Of a stretch of 64,000 nucleotides of DNA, positions 1 through 9,298 are shown one piece after another. Position numbers and translations under genes: made by a program. The stretch is taken from the IMG/VR virus record IMGVR_UViG_3300025098_000012, positions 1 through 64,000 of that record, one strand, 5' to 3'. Below the pieces are notes generated by a model. It did no database searches. It saw nothing but the letters and a program-made list of their open reading frames with translations, and was not told the origin of the DNA. Position 1 is the stretch's first letter. The number at the start of each line of letters is the position of its first letter.

Positions 1-2162
1 CTAAGACCACGATCAATAGATGGGTAGTCAAAGATCAGCTCGATAAAGATTTCTTTATCGCTTCCTGTAGACACTCCATTAGTCGCATCACCTACTAAAT
101 CGTAATCTCCTGCACCACTGATACCACCGTTGACTTTCAGTAAGGGGTTTGCGTCTAAAGTGAGAACGACTTGGTTTGACCCTAGACCTGTAATGCTTTG
201 AATACGAACTTGTTGCTCAATAGCGTTAACAAAATGTCCATCATTGTGCCAGCAATACCCGATGTCAATGAGCTTCGGTAGTATCGTGTTATTGTCAGCA
301 GGTAAGGGGTCATTATTGTTCTGAACCCAACCTAGATGCCCCGATATATCAAGAGTAGTCAGATCAATGGTGATCTGATCTCCCTCATACCAAAAGTTTC
401 CAGTACCCCCTACATGAGCAACAGATATACCTGTTGATGGTTGAGGGTTAGTGTTTGCAGGTTTGGCGATGATGTAAATTCGTTCTGTAGTAGGTTCGTT
501 TGACCATCTACGAGCGATGTGGTCAAAGTTCTGTCTCCATTGACCTAAGTTTGGAGCTATGTTTGCGTCATTCCTACCATACGCATCACACACAAGTGGT
601 GTATGACTGATACCACTCGAACCATCTCCTGTGGCTTGTAAGTTATGTGCCTTAGCATACCAAGTCTTATTCGTGTCATCTAACAGCGAGTGGTACTGAT
701 AGTCTAGCTCTGCCGAGAAATCAATTCCTCTAGGGTACACCCTTCGCCTTAAATCAAGGACATCGTATTCCGAGATTTGATCTGCGAATAGTCCATCGGG
801 TCGATCAGAACTTCCTACAGTGACATTACCCACATAGTCGTTATCTGCCAAAGTAGTACCGTCATGGTCATGTAATGCACCTGTATTAAAAGCACCTAGA
901 GTATTGAACCCATCAGCACCTAGATTGTCTGCTGTCCATCTACGAAAGACATAACAGATAGGGATAGCGTAGACATACCCATCAACAGTTCCGAGAGCAG
1001 TAGCGTCAGCCGAAGAACCTGTTCCTGCATACCATAGACCAGTATCGGTAGGGTGTTTAATAAAGTTGTATCCTCCGACAGTCCCACCTTGTGAGCCTTG
1101 AGCTTCAACATTGACATTCTCAAATCCAAAGATATGTTGAGACAAGTCAGTTGAAAAAGTGTCCATTCTAAGTCGGTATTGAACTTGGACTCTACGGGTA
1201 GAGGACACTGCTACATTTGGATCTTGGATTTTATCATCAAGGTATGTCGAGGAGTCTGAGAGTACATTCCCTGCAAAGTAAACTTTATTTGCGTTGGGTT
1301 TACCCTCGCCATTAGACCCACCTGCTGGCTGATTAAGAACCCTCATACCAGCATTATTTGAGCTTATAAGAGTGAAACTATCTGCTGTGCCATCATGGTT
1401 TCCATCTATTCCTCCATTATGGTTGAGGAATAGGTATTCTGTACCTCTAGTTTCAGCGAATGTGGTGACACCATCAACAGTCAGTCCAAGATTAGCACCG
1501 TCATAATCATTGATGGCTTGAGCTAGGTTGCGAGCTGTTTCGGCAGGGGTAGCACCAACTTGAAACTCATTTACCCCAATAACACCATTAGGGTCATCAA
1601 ATGCAGTTAAGATTTTGGTATCTTGGTTTTGCCCATTTAGAGGTGGTGGGTTGGATTGCCCATTTATTTGAAATTTGAATGTATCATTATGGAGAGGTGC
1701 GATGACCTTGATCCTAGACTTAGATTGCATAGCAGGAGTGACTTCTCTCCTCCATACTTCAAGGAATACAAATTCGCCTCTGTTTCCAGCACCAGCACCA
1801 GGTATGGGTCCAGGTAAAGTGATCTTGTTCGTACCATCAGTAGCATCGGTATTGCGAACATCAATGACCATTCCATTAACCATAGCTTTGAATGGGTTAA
1901 TGACGAAGCTGTTTGCTGTAAAGTCAGCGTTTAAGACTCCACCGACATAAGGATCTTCAAAAGAGAATGATCCTATAGTGTCATCTTGTCCTTGATAAGA
2001 AATCATGCCACTAGGGAGCGTGTTCTTCTTATTGAGGATGTCTTGGGTAAGGTTGAGTTCACTATCAAGCATAGGTCTACCTGCTTGATATACGACACTA
2101 TCCCACGCATAGTTTGTAGGGTCGAGATCCCGACTTGTAGAGGGAAGGTATTTTTTAGACAT
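1..2162 (-). CDS. Large virion tail/baseplate-associated structural protein (DUF4815-like N-terminus), truncated by the window edge
   Basis: Not in the ORF track; hand-translated from ATG at 2162 (SD-like AAGGGGAG upstream): MSKKYLPSTSRDLDPTNYAWDSVVYQAGRPMLDSELNLTQD...GEFVFLEVWRREV. The same frame is also open at positions 3-59 (...ELIFDYPSIDRGL); the middle was only spot-checked. Confidence 0.7.
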   Translation of the reverse strand, partial: MSKKYLPSTSRDLDPTNYAWDSVVYQAGRPMLDSELNLTQDILNKKNTLPSGMISYQGQDDTIGSFSFEDPYVGGVLNADFTANSFVINPFKAMVNGMVIDVRNTDATDGTNKITLPGPIPGAGAGNRGEFVFLEVWRREVTPAMQSKSRIKVIAPLHNDTFKFQINGQSNPPPLNGQNQDTKILTAFDDPNGVIGVNEFQVGATPAETARNLAQAINDYDGANLGLTVDGVTTFAETRGTEYLFLNHNGGIDGNHDGTADSFTLISSNNAGMRVLNQPAGGSNGEGKPNANKVYFAGNVLSDSSTYLDDKIQDPNVAVSSTRRVQVQYRLRMDTFSTDLSQHIFGFENVNVEAQGSQGGTVGGYNFIKHPTDTGLWYAGTGSSADATALGTVDGYVYAIPICYVFRRWTADNLGADGFNTLGAFNTGALHDHDGTTLADNDYVGNVTVGSSDRPDGLFADQISEYDVLDLRRRVYPRGIDFSAELDYQYHSLLDDTNKTWYAKAHNLQATGDGSSGISHTPLVCDAYGRNDANIAPNLGQWRQNFDHIARRWSNEPTTERIYIIAKPANTNPQPSTGISVAHVGGTGNFWYEGDQITIDLTTLDISGHLGWVQNNNDPLPADNNTILPKLIDIGYCWHNDGHFVNAIEQQVRIQSITGLGSNQVVLTLDANPLLKVNGGISGAGDYDLVGDATNGVSTGSDKEIFIELIFDYPSIDRGL

Positions 2163-2174
2163 ATTCCACTCCCC

Positions 2175-2849
2175 TTAAAAAGTCAATCGCCAAGTGATTG
2201 CTAAGATTGCACCACTTGGTTTATTGATCACAGGGAATGTGAGGTAGTTTACGAGGATGTCGCTATTTGTAATGTTAATGTTCAGATCACGATCTGGAAA
2301 TACTTCAGCGATTTGACTAAACTCATTAGCCCCTCCCGACACACCCGAAACGGTACACATCAGACCCATCTCTGTTAACGCACCCACAGCGTCTGCCGAC
2401 TCAAATGTGGTTGTAAAGTCAACGATGTTTGTAGGTACAGCACTCAAATCACCATTTGGTTTGCGATATACACGACTCGTAAATATCTTTCTAAACAGAG
2501 GTGTGTTGAGATTGCGTTGTCTGTAATCTGCAATGTCGGGGCTTGCAGATGAACCCGAAGCACCTGTACCAACAGCGAGCATATCAATACCACGAGCGAA
2601 CCCTGCTCCTAAGTTCTTGGAGAACAAGACAGCCGCTAAGATACCACCATCGAGGGTATAGACATTCGATTTGTCTAAGACTATTTCTTCTCGTCCATCC
2701 TCATATTGGAGGACACCAAAGACATCACCTTTGACCCTAACTCCGAGCGTTTCCTCAAAGCCAAACCCAAAGTTAACAGCAGTTGTTTTAGGGGGTGGGA
2801 TTTTTGTAGAGATCATATTTTCCTCCATTTGAAGATATGGGGCTGACAA
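2175..2849 (-). CDS. Baseplate/tail-collar fibre attachment protein (DUF3751/P2 gpH N-terminal-like)
   Basis: Motifs AVGTG, FTTTF, LTEMGL, LVNYLTFPVINK, ITWRLTF; sits in the baseplate operon. Likely true start is ATG 2816 (GGAGG 6 nt upstream). Confidence 0.6.
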   Translation of the reverse strand: MSAPYLQMEENMISTKIPPPKTTAVNFGFGFEETLGVRVKGDVFGVLQYEDGREEIVLDKSNVYTLDGGILAAVLFSKNLGAGFARGIDMLAVGTGASGSSASPDIADYRQRNLNTPLFRKIFTSRVYRKPNGDLSAVPTNIVDFTTTFESADAVGALTEMGLMCTVSGVSGGANEFSQIAEVFPDRDLNINITNSDILVNYLTFPVINKPSGAILAITWRLTF

Positions 2850-2896
2850 TGGAGGGTTATTTAAGACTTACAAATCTCCCACCCTCCTACCTTAAT

Positions 2897-3613
2897 TTAC
2901 GCACCGAAAGTTAAGGTGTAGCTGATGTCTAGTGTACCATCATCAGTCTTTGTGATCGTGTTACCGAGAACTTTTCTTGCGAACAACCTCATGTTAGTAG
3001 TTTCTGTAGGCACTTCTGCTGATACGAAGCCCTCAATGTCAACATTGTCTCCTACTGTCCAGAGAGCGATTTCTGAAATACCTTGAGCTATATTTCCTTG
3101 GGCTGTTCCAAAAGTGGTGGTGAACCTAATGGATTTAGCAGAGGGGAAAGTAACAGAGTCTATAATCCGACTTCTGACTGCGGCATCGGTATGATCGTGG
3201 TTTGTGTCTACCATATCAACTTGTTTTGCAGGTTGTGCTACATCAGCATTAGCGTTAGCGTGTGGGTTATTGAGTGAGTCAGCACCGTTGTTATTTCCCA
3301 CACAGATATAACCGATTTGGTTTATGTTTGAGGTCTCTTGAGTATGAAGTAAACCATTACCAATCCCAGTAGGGCCGATGTATAGACCACCAGTAGGATG
3401 AGTGGCATTATTAGTTATCGGTGCAGTAACAGGTCTTACAGCGGCGGCAATTCCATTACCAGCAGTTCCAAGTCTGGGGTAGATAGCGTCCATAACGATG
3501 TTATTCGACATCTCTACGACAGTGTTTTCACCTTTTTCATAGGCGATAACATTCCCATCAAGGTCTCTGAGTGTTGCTTCTACGAAGCCTTTGATTACGA
3601 GTGTACTTTTCAT
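2897..3613 (-). CDS. Paralogue of the neighbouring tail-collar/baseplate protein
   Basis: Same motif order: ICVGN, RFTTTF, ISEIAL, LFARKV, DISYTLTF. Confidence 0.6.
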   Translation of the reverse strand: MKSTLVIKGFVEATLRDLDGNVIAYEKGENTVVEMSNNIVMDAIYPRLGTAGNGIAAAVRPVTAPITNNATHPTGGLYIGPTGIGNGLLHTQETSNINQIGYICVGNNNGADSLNNPHANANADVAQPAKQVDMVDTNHDHTDAAVRSRIIDSVTFPSAKSIRFTTTFGTAQGNIAQGISEIALWTVGDNVDIEGFVSAEVPTETTNMRLFARKVLGNTITKTDDGTLDISYTLTFGA

Positions 3614-3670
3614 GGTTGATTCCTTCAGTTAAGGGTTGTTTGCATTATACTGACCATAATAAATAAAGTA

Positions 3671-6600
3671 TTAAGGTCTTGAAGCTGGATCATGTTCCCA
3701 TGCTACAAATCCATCATCTCTAATGTAGAAATAATGCCTATATGTAACAGTTCCAGTATTTACATCCTTTTGGAACAGGTTTGTGTATGTGAGTGTGTCA
3801 GAAGAGTTATATACAGTGTTGTAAGAAGCTCCAGTATCAATGACTGGATTAGCTCTGATGAACAATCCCACATCTACACCTGGGTGGTCTGCTGATACTG
3901 CGATCATTTTATACCTCTTCGCTCTGAGAAGTGAATAAGACAAAGGGGCTATATTGTCTGGGTTTGAGTAAGTTCTATATCCATATGTGGACAGGAAAGT
4001 ACCATTGACTACTTGGTTGTTAAATGCATTTATCCCATTAACAGGGGTTGTGTGTACAGTAGGCTCAATGAAGTTTGTCTCATTATTGAGGTTAGAGCTT
4101 GAAGCTACCTCTGTGTTGTCTGCTTCACATATTCGTATTGACCAAAACTCATTATTAGCGTTTGCGTTCACAATCATGTAAAAGTAAACAGTAGTAAAAT
4201 CGTTCCCATAATTTACAGAAGGTTCTGATACATAAGACTGATCTTCTGTAAACAAGAGGTCTTGTTCCACAGACCTTAGTCTGAATGTGTGGTACTTGAA
4301 ATAGCGATCATCAGCGTTCAGTGTACCTGTACCAGTCGGTGAGTTTCCTAAATCTGTATAAGTTTCCCCACTCAAGTAGTTGACTGGATCTGTGTTCGCT
4401 CTACCCCTTTTCATTGCTAACGGGCAGATCTCTGCCACATCAGAAATAGCAGTGGCTTGGAAGAAGATCGTGTAATCTTTATCCTCATCAAGAGGTCCTA
4501 TTCTCATCGTAGTTGTATCGTCTGCGTTATCATACTCCACCCAAGCGTTCAGTGAAGGAATTGAGTAAGGATTTACAGGACTGACTACCTGTCTTGACCT
4601 CCCTAAAGTAGTCTCTTGAGTCCAAGTATAAGTATTTTGTCCTGCGTCTACATAGTTTACATAACTATTTACATAAACGAGGCTGTCCATATATGTCCCA
4701 GCTTCATATATGTGCAACTCGAACCCAAACCATCCATTTGGGTATTTAAGTGCCATATAAACATAATCCCCTGCAATCACATTGTAAACAACATCGACAT
4801 CATCAACCACAGTAATTGGGTTTTCTGAATTGCTCTGGTTTGTTGAAGAGATAAAGGCAATAGCATCTGCATTAAAAGTGAAGGTATCTTCTAAGGGGAT
4901 GCCAATACCTAAGAGACAAGAATCAGTGGTTGTTGAAACTGTATCACCAGTAAATAACCTTAAGAATGATTCAATGTTACCATCCAGAACTTGGGGTGTT
5001 GTATCGTCTACATAAAGAGCTAGACTCGTGGCGATAAGATCACCAAGGGCTGGTATATCTCCCTTCATATCAAGAGACATATATCTTGGAACAATCAGTG
5101 AGTCGAGGATCTCTTCGGTCACATCCTCGATTGTGATTGATCTGCTTAGGCTAATACTATCTTGCAACGCACTAAAAGTGTCTTGGGCATTGAATGATGA
5201 AATATGAGAAGTTAAAGCGTCTTCTATGGGGTCAACGACATCATTAAAGTTGATGCTAGAGATATAAGAGATAACAGAGTCCTCACTAGCAAGAACATCA
5301 TCATTCAAGAACACTGGTACAAATCCTTGTTGTGTACTTACCTCATCTGTGATGTCTGGTATCAAACTGCTTGTTGATCTAGGCAAGAACAGGTAACTGG
5401 CTAAGAACCCATCTTCATCTGAGATCTGCCTAAACTCACTAGACACACCAATGCCAGATATGTAAGTGGATACTTCGTCTGTAATCAGAGAGATTGTTGA
5501 AGAAGGAACTACCCTCATGAATACAGGAGCATTTACTTCATCTTGAATCTCTGGGTAAATGTCCGAAACATTCCCATCGCTAAGTATATAGCTGTACTCA
5601 ACAATTTCTTCTATTTGAGGGAAATCAGATTGTTCGAGGACGGCAATATAATTTAACGCCCAAAGCACACTGTCTTCAATGTCTGGGATACTTTGATTGA
5701 TGTGTGATGGTGTAAGCAATAAGGTTGTTGTGAGAGCATCTGTGGGTAGATTAAATGAATCTGATAGATGTGTCCCAGGTATGATGATTTTATTTGCTTC
5801 AAGTTCTGCTATGATCGAGGGGAATCTGTCATCTACGCTTGTAAAGAAGAAACCAGTCGTTTCAAAAGACCCTTTCCACCCTAGATTTATTGAGGGTGGA
5901 GTTGCATAGTTATCGTTAGCCGAGTACCCAATGTTTTGGGAGTTATCTTCGATTAGATTAGTCGTTCTCCGATTGCTCCTCGTCAAAGATTCAAAAGATC
6001 TGATTTCACCTGGATTGAGTGTGAATGTAATCTCATAGGTATAGGTCACATTATTGACGGGAACCACAGCAGTGGATTGGTCTAGTCTGTACGCATGGGG
6101 AGATGTAGTCCAAGATGACTCAAGATCAAAGTTTGCATCAGTACCGCTTGTGAGGAAGTAAAGGTAATCAGCCCCATTATCTTCTTCCATGAAAACTTCA
6201 AGGAAGTATGTTTCATTAGCGAGGTGGTTAAATGATGCGTTGATTTCTGCTAGGAAGTTTGGTGCTGGGGCATTGTCATAATCTATAGTGTTTGGTGAAC
6301 CAAGACTGTCATCCCTAAACCTATAGGCGAGTGGTGATCCATTAGGTACAGGGTTGGGGTATTGTTCGAGGGCTGTAAACCCATTAGAGTCAGCTCTCAG
6401 TGATAGAGTTTGGTATTGTCTGTTTCCTTGAGCGTCTATCCTATATAGACTGAAATAGAATCCATCTCCACCCGAAGTATTTAGGTTGCTGTACCCGAAG
6501 AAGAAATGAGTGGGGATGTTGATTGGTCCTAATATGTAAAGTGATGGGTCTGGATATAACCATTCATCTTGTGGTACATGGGGGTTGTAGTCGTTTGTAA

Positions 6601-9298
6601 ACCCATCTCGTCCGTCTAGGTCGTAGCCTGTAATGACATCCTCATAAAAAGTCAGCTCTCCTTCAACACCCGAAGTTTGAGTGTCCTCCATTGAATAGAT
6701 AGATCGGATTTGATCTGGTGCTAGACCTAGAGGGTTGGTCATGTATTCTTCGGGAGTGGACTCGGTGAACGCACCTAAATCAACATTTACCTCTCCATTT
6801 ACCTCATTGATTGTTGAGGTATGTTTAAAGAACGCTTGCCCCTCTGCTAACTTTTCACCCTTGTACCAATCGAGATTCGAGTCAAAAGGGTTGGAAGAAA
6901 TACCAGATAGTGTTAGTGTCTTTTCTTCGGTAAGCCCATTAATAAGTACATGATCTTTATTGAGTTGGTATGTGTAGCTGACTCCATCACTATCTATGAC
7001 AGATGTGATATATGAAGGTCGGAAGCCTAACTGATAGAAAGAAATGTTAGGGTTGGCTGTATTGACTGTGCTAGAAGCAGGCTTGAATACCTGTTCTTGA
7101 GTAGCTGTTTGATTGAGTGAGAAGTTATTGAGTGTGTATGTGGTATTGAGCGTTTGATTGCTTGTATTGAGGAGGTCAGAACTACCTGCTGAATAGGTGG
7201 CAATCTTTTGCTCTTGCGTATAGGGAGTGATTGGTTGTGGTTCATTCAAGACATAAGAAATCGGGGATGTTGTCTCAATGATTCTGTTTTGCCTATCACC
7301 ACCCCGACCAGACATAGAGACTTTACGAGTTGGTCTAGTAGCGTTGAGTGTCATTTCAATGCTATTTAGCTCTCTAAAGCGTCTGATCTCTGACTTGGCT
7401 TTAGGGTATGTAAGAGTGATCCTGTCATCAGCTTGAGCAAGAGGAATATAGCTTGGGTTTGCTTCGTGTGAAGTGTCGTATATCCTCAACACATGAAGAT
7501 GAGGGTTTGTTATATTGGCATCTTCGGAGGTGTTCGTGTGTTCTAAAGATAGGGTGTGATAACTATAATCTACATCGACACCATTAACCTTAATCGTTAA
7601 GTCCTCAATACTAACAGGCAGTCCATCTTTAACCTTGAGCATATCTTTAACGATGTATGCAGGTAGATTGATTGCGTAGTTATAAACTAAACCTAGTGCT
7701 GGCCACATCGGATCGGGGTTGTTTACAAACTCTACAGTCTCATAAGCCACTTGATCTCTAGTAGACCATACAGACGAGTCATTCTTCACAACCTGTAGAC
7801 CAGTAGAGGTGATCTGAGCGTCAACTTCTACTTCAATATGGCTTAGTTTGATTGTGTGTCCACCTAATGATGTTTGTATGTTCCCTAACTCAGCGTCATC
7901 ATTATCAGACATTAGATCACAGAAATAAACAGAGCCATTAAAGTCGATAGGCTCTCCGTCATTTAAGACTTCTGATCTTGTTAGTTCACCTCTGAAAAAA
8001 GGCGGCCCAATGTTCTCTGGTAGAAATGTGCCATTTATTACCTCAATGTTGCTCGATGTAATTCTTTTATGTTTTTGAGGTCCTTTTTTTAAGTCTCTTA
8101 TTGTCCTGTAGGTGTATGCTTCACCATTAGAGTCTACAATAGAGGAATAAATCCCATCTAGTGGGAATATGCGTTCAGAGACAGAGATGACCCTTAGCTT
8201 TTGTGTGCCGATGACAAGGGTATCTGCGACCTTAATGTTGGTTCTCCAAAAGCGTATGGTCTTACCCTCTACATAACCATAGTTGTTCGGCTCAAAAACA
8301 CCCTCTCTCGCCTTTCTCATGTCCTCTTGGTACAAACTACCTAGTGAGACACCAACGAGTCCATACTGAGCGTTTTGGTTGTAATATGGGAGTGATGGAT
8401 CAATCTTGTTAGCTTCGATTATCTGCTCATCTGTCTGAGCAGGGTCGATACCGAGAATAGGACTAAATACATCCCCTTTGCCTTGAGCGAGGATAGGTGT
8501 GTCCTCATCAACGATAGAGGCAACTTCCCCTGTCTTAATGTGAGCAGGCTTGGTGATGTTGAGAACTTTGCGTAAGTTATTCTGTAGTCGAATAATGTTC
8601 TCTGGAATACCAAGATAAACTTCGTGAGAGTGGGAGTTCCCATCGGCATCAATGTACGGTTGAATGACACCATCCACTATGTCGTGCGTATGGAGTTCAT
8701 CTCCCCATTTGTACTCAATAGGTTTGTTGGTAGAACCGAGGCCAGACTCGTCAGTGAAAGCAAAGTGTCTGTGTGTCCTAAAAACTCCATCTGTATTGTA
8801 TTCTGTTGTCGCTAGGATGGAAGATTTGAGGTTAGCTATATACCCCTCAACGGTGCTGACAACTACAGCGTTTCCTTCTGCGATGTCATTCAACACTTCA
8901 TCCACAGAGTTCTTGGTAGCCCCTTGTAGTAGAGCTTCATAAGTCTGTAGAAGAAACGAGATAGTCTCTTCATGTGTATCACCGACAGGTACAGATTCCT
9001 CATCGGGGAATACGAGATACAAGAGTCGAGTGGCTACGAACTCAGCTCGTAGTTGGGTGTATTCTACATCTTCAAGATTATCTAAGGTGTCTACTAATAG
9101 CTCTGCGAGGAGTCGTCCTACACCTTCATAAATGATCCTATGATTCGGTCCATAACTACGAGTGAAGTAGTTTGAAGCTGTACCGAAAGACATAGAGTCT
9201 ACGATTTTATTGGTGAGGATGTCTTCTAAGAGTCGTCTAGGATAGGACTTTGAGTTTAGATTTTCTCTGTTTGTGCGAGGGTCGAAATCATAAACCAT
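3671..9298 (-). CDS. Large baseplate wedge/tail structural protein (1875 aa)
   Basis: Directly follows the baseplate-J-like gene (TAATG overlap). Helical wedge-like N-terminus, three HxH motifs, beta-rich body with degenerate repeats. Confidence 0.65.
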   Translation of the reverse strand: MVYDFDPRTNRENLNSKSYPRRLLEDILTNKIVDSMSFGTASNYFTRSYGPNHRIIYEGVGRLLAELLVDTLDNLEDVEYTQLRAEFVATRLLYLVFPDEESVPVGDTHEETISFLLQTYEALLQGATKNSVDEVLNDIAEGNAVVVSTVEGYIANLKSSILATTEYNTDGVFRTHRHFAFTDESGLGSTNKPIEYKWGDELHTHDIVDGVIQPYIDADGNSHSHEVYLGIPENIIRLQNNLRKVLNITKPAHIKTGEVASIVDEDTPILAQGKGDVFSPILGIDPAQTDEQIIEANKIDPSLPYYNQNAQYGLVGVSLGSLYQEDMRKAREGVFEPNNYGYVEGKTIRFWRTNIKVADTLVIGTQKLRVISVSERIFPLDGIYSSIVDSNGEAYTYRTIRDLKKGPQKHKRITSSNIEVINGTFLPENIGPPFFRGELTRSEVLNDGEPIDFNGSVYFCDLMSDNDDAELGNIQTSLGGHTIKLSHIEVEVDAQITSTGLQVVKNDSSVWSTRDQVAYETVEFVNNPDPMWPALGLVYNYAINLPAYIVKDMLKVKDGLPVSIEDLTIKVNGVDVDYSYHTLSLEHTNTSEDANITNPHLHVLRIYDTSHEANPSYIPLAQADDRITLTYPKAKSEIRRFRELNSIEMTLNATRPTRKVSMSGRGGDRQNRIIETTSPISYVLNEPQPITPYTQEQKIATYSAGSSDLLNTSNQTLNTTYTLNNFSLNQTATQEQVFKPASSTVNTANPNISFYQLGFRPSYITSVIDSDGVSYTYQLNKDHVLINGLTEEKTLTLSGISSNPFDSNLDWYKGEKLAEGQAFFKHTSTINEVNGEVNVDLGAFTESTPEEYMTNPLGLAPDQIRSIYSMEDTQTSGVEGELTFYEDVITGYDLDGRDGFTNDYNPHVPQDEWLYPDPSLYILGPINIPTHFFFGYSNLNTSGGDGFYFSLYRIDAQGNRQYQTLSLRADSNGFTALEQYPNPVPNGSPLAYRFRDDSLGSPNTIDYDNAPAPNFLAEINASFNHLANETYFLEVFMEEDNGADYLYFLTSGTDANFDLESSWTTSPHAYRLDQSTAVVPVNNVTYTYEITFTLNPGEIRSFESLTRSNRRTTNLIEDNSQNIGYSANDNYATPPSINLGWKGSFETTGFFFTSVDDRFPSIIAELEANKIIIPGTHLSDSFNLPTDALTTTLLLTPSHINQSIPDIEDSVLWALNYIAVLEQSDFPQIEEIVEYSYILSDGNVSDIYPEIQDEVNAPVFMRVVPSSTISLITDEVSTYISGIGVSSEFRQISDEDGFLASYLFLPRSTSSLIPDITDEVSTQQGFVPVFLNDDVLASEDSVISYISSINFNDVVDPIEDALTSHISSFNAQDTFSALQDSISLSRSITIEDVTEEILDSLIVPRYMSLDMKGDIPALGDLIATSLALYVDDTTPQVLDGNIESFLRLFTGDTVSTTTDSCLLGIGIPLEDTFTFNADAIAFISSTNQSNSENPITVVDDVDVVYNVIAGDYVYMALKYPNGWFGFELHIYEAGTYMDSLVYVNSYVNYVDAGQNTYTWTQETTLGRSRQVVSPVNPYSIPSLNAWVEYDNADDTTTMRIGPLDEDKDYTIFFQATAISDVAEICPLAMKRGRANTDPVNYLSGETYTDLGNSPTGTGTLNADDRYFKYHTFRLRSVEQDLLFTEDQSYVSEPSVNYGNDFTTVYFYMIVNANANNEFWSIRICEADNTEVASSSNLNNETNFIEPTVHTTPVNGINAFNNQVVNGTFLSTYGYRTYSNPDNIAPLSYSLLRAKRYKMIAVSADHPGVDVGLFIRANPVIDTGASYNTVYNSSDTLTYTNLFQKDVNTGTVTYRHYFYIRDDGFVAWEHDPASRP

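Noticed and set aside
2851-2887. GGAGGGT/ACCCTCC inverted repeat as a terminator
   Set aside because: 7-bp stem with a 23-nt loop and no U tract, inside an operon; too weak to call.
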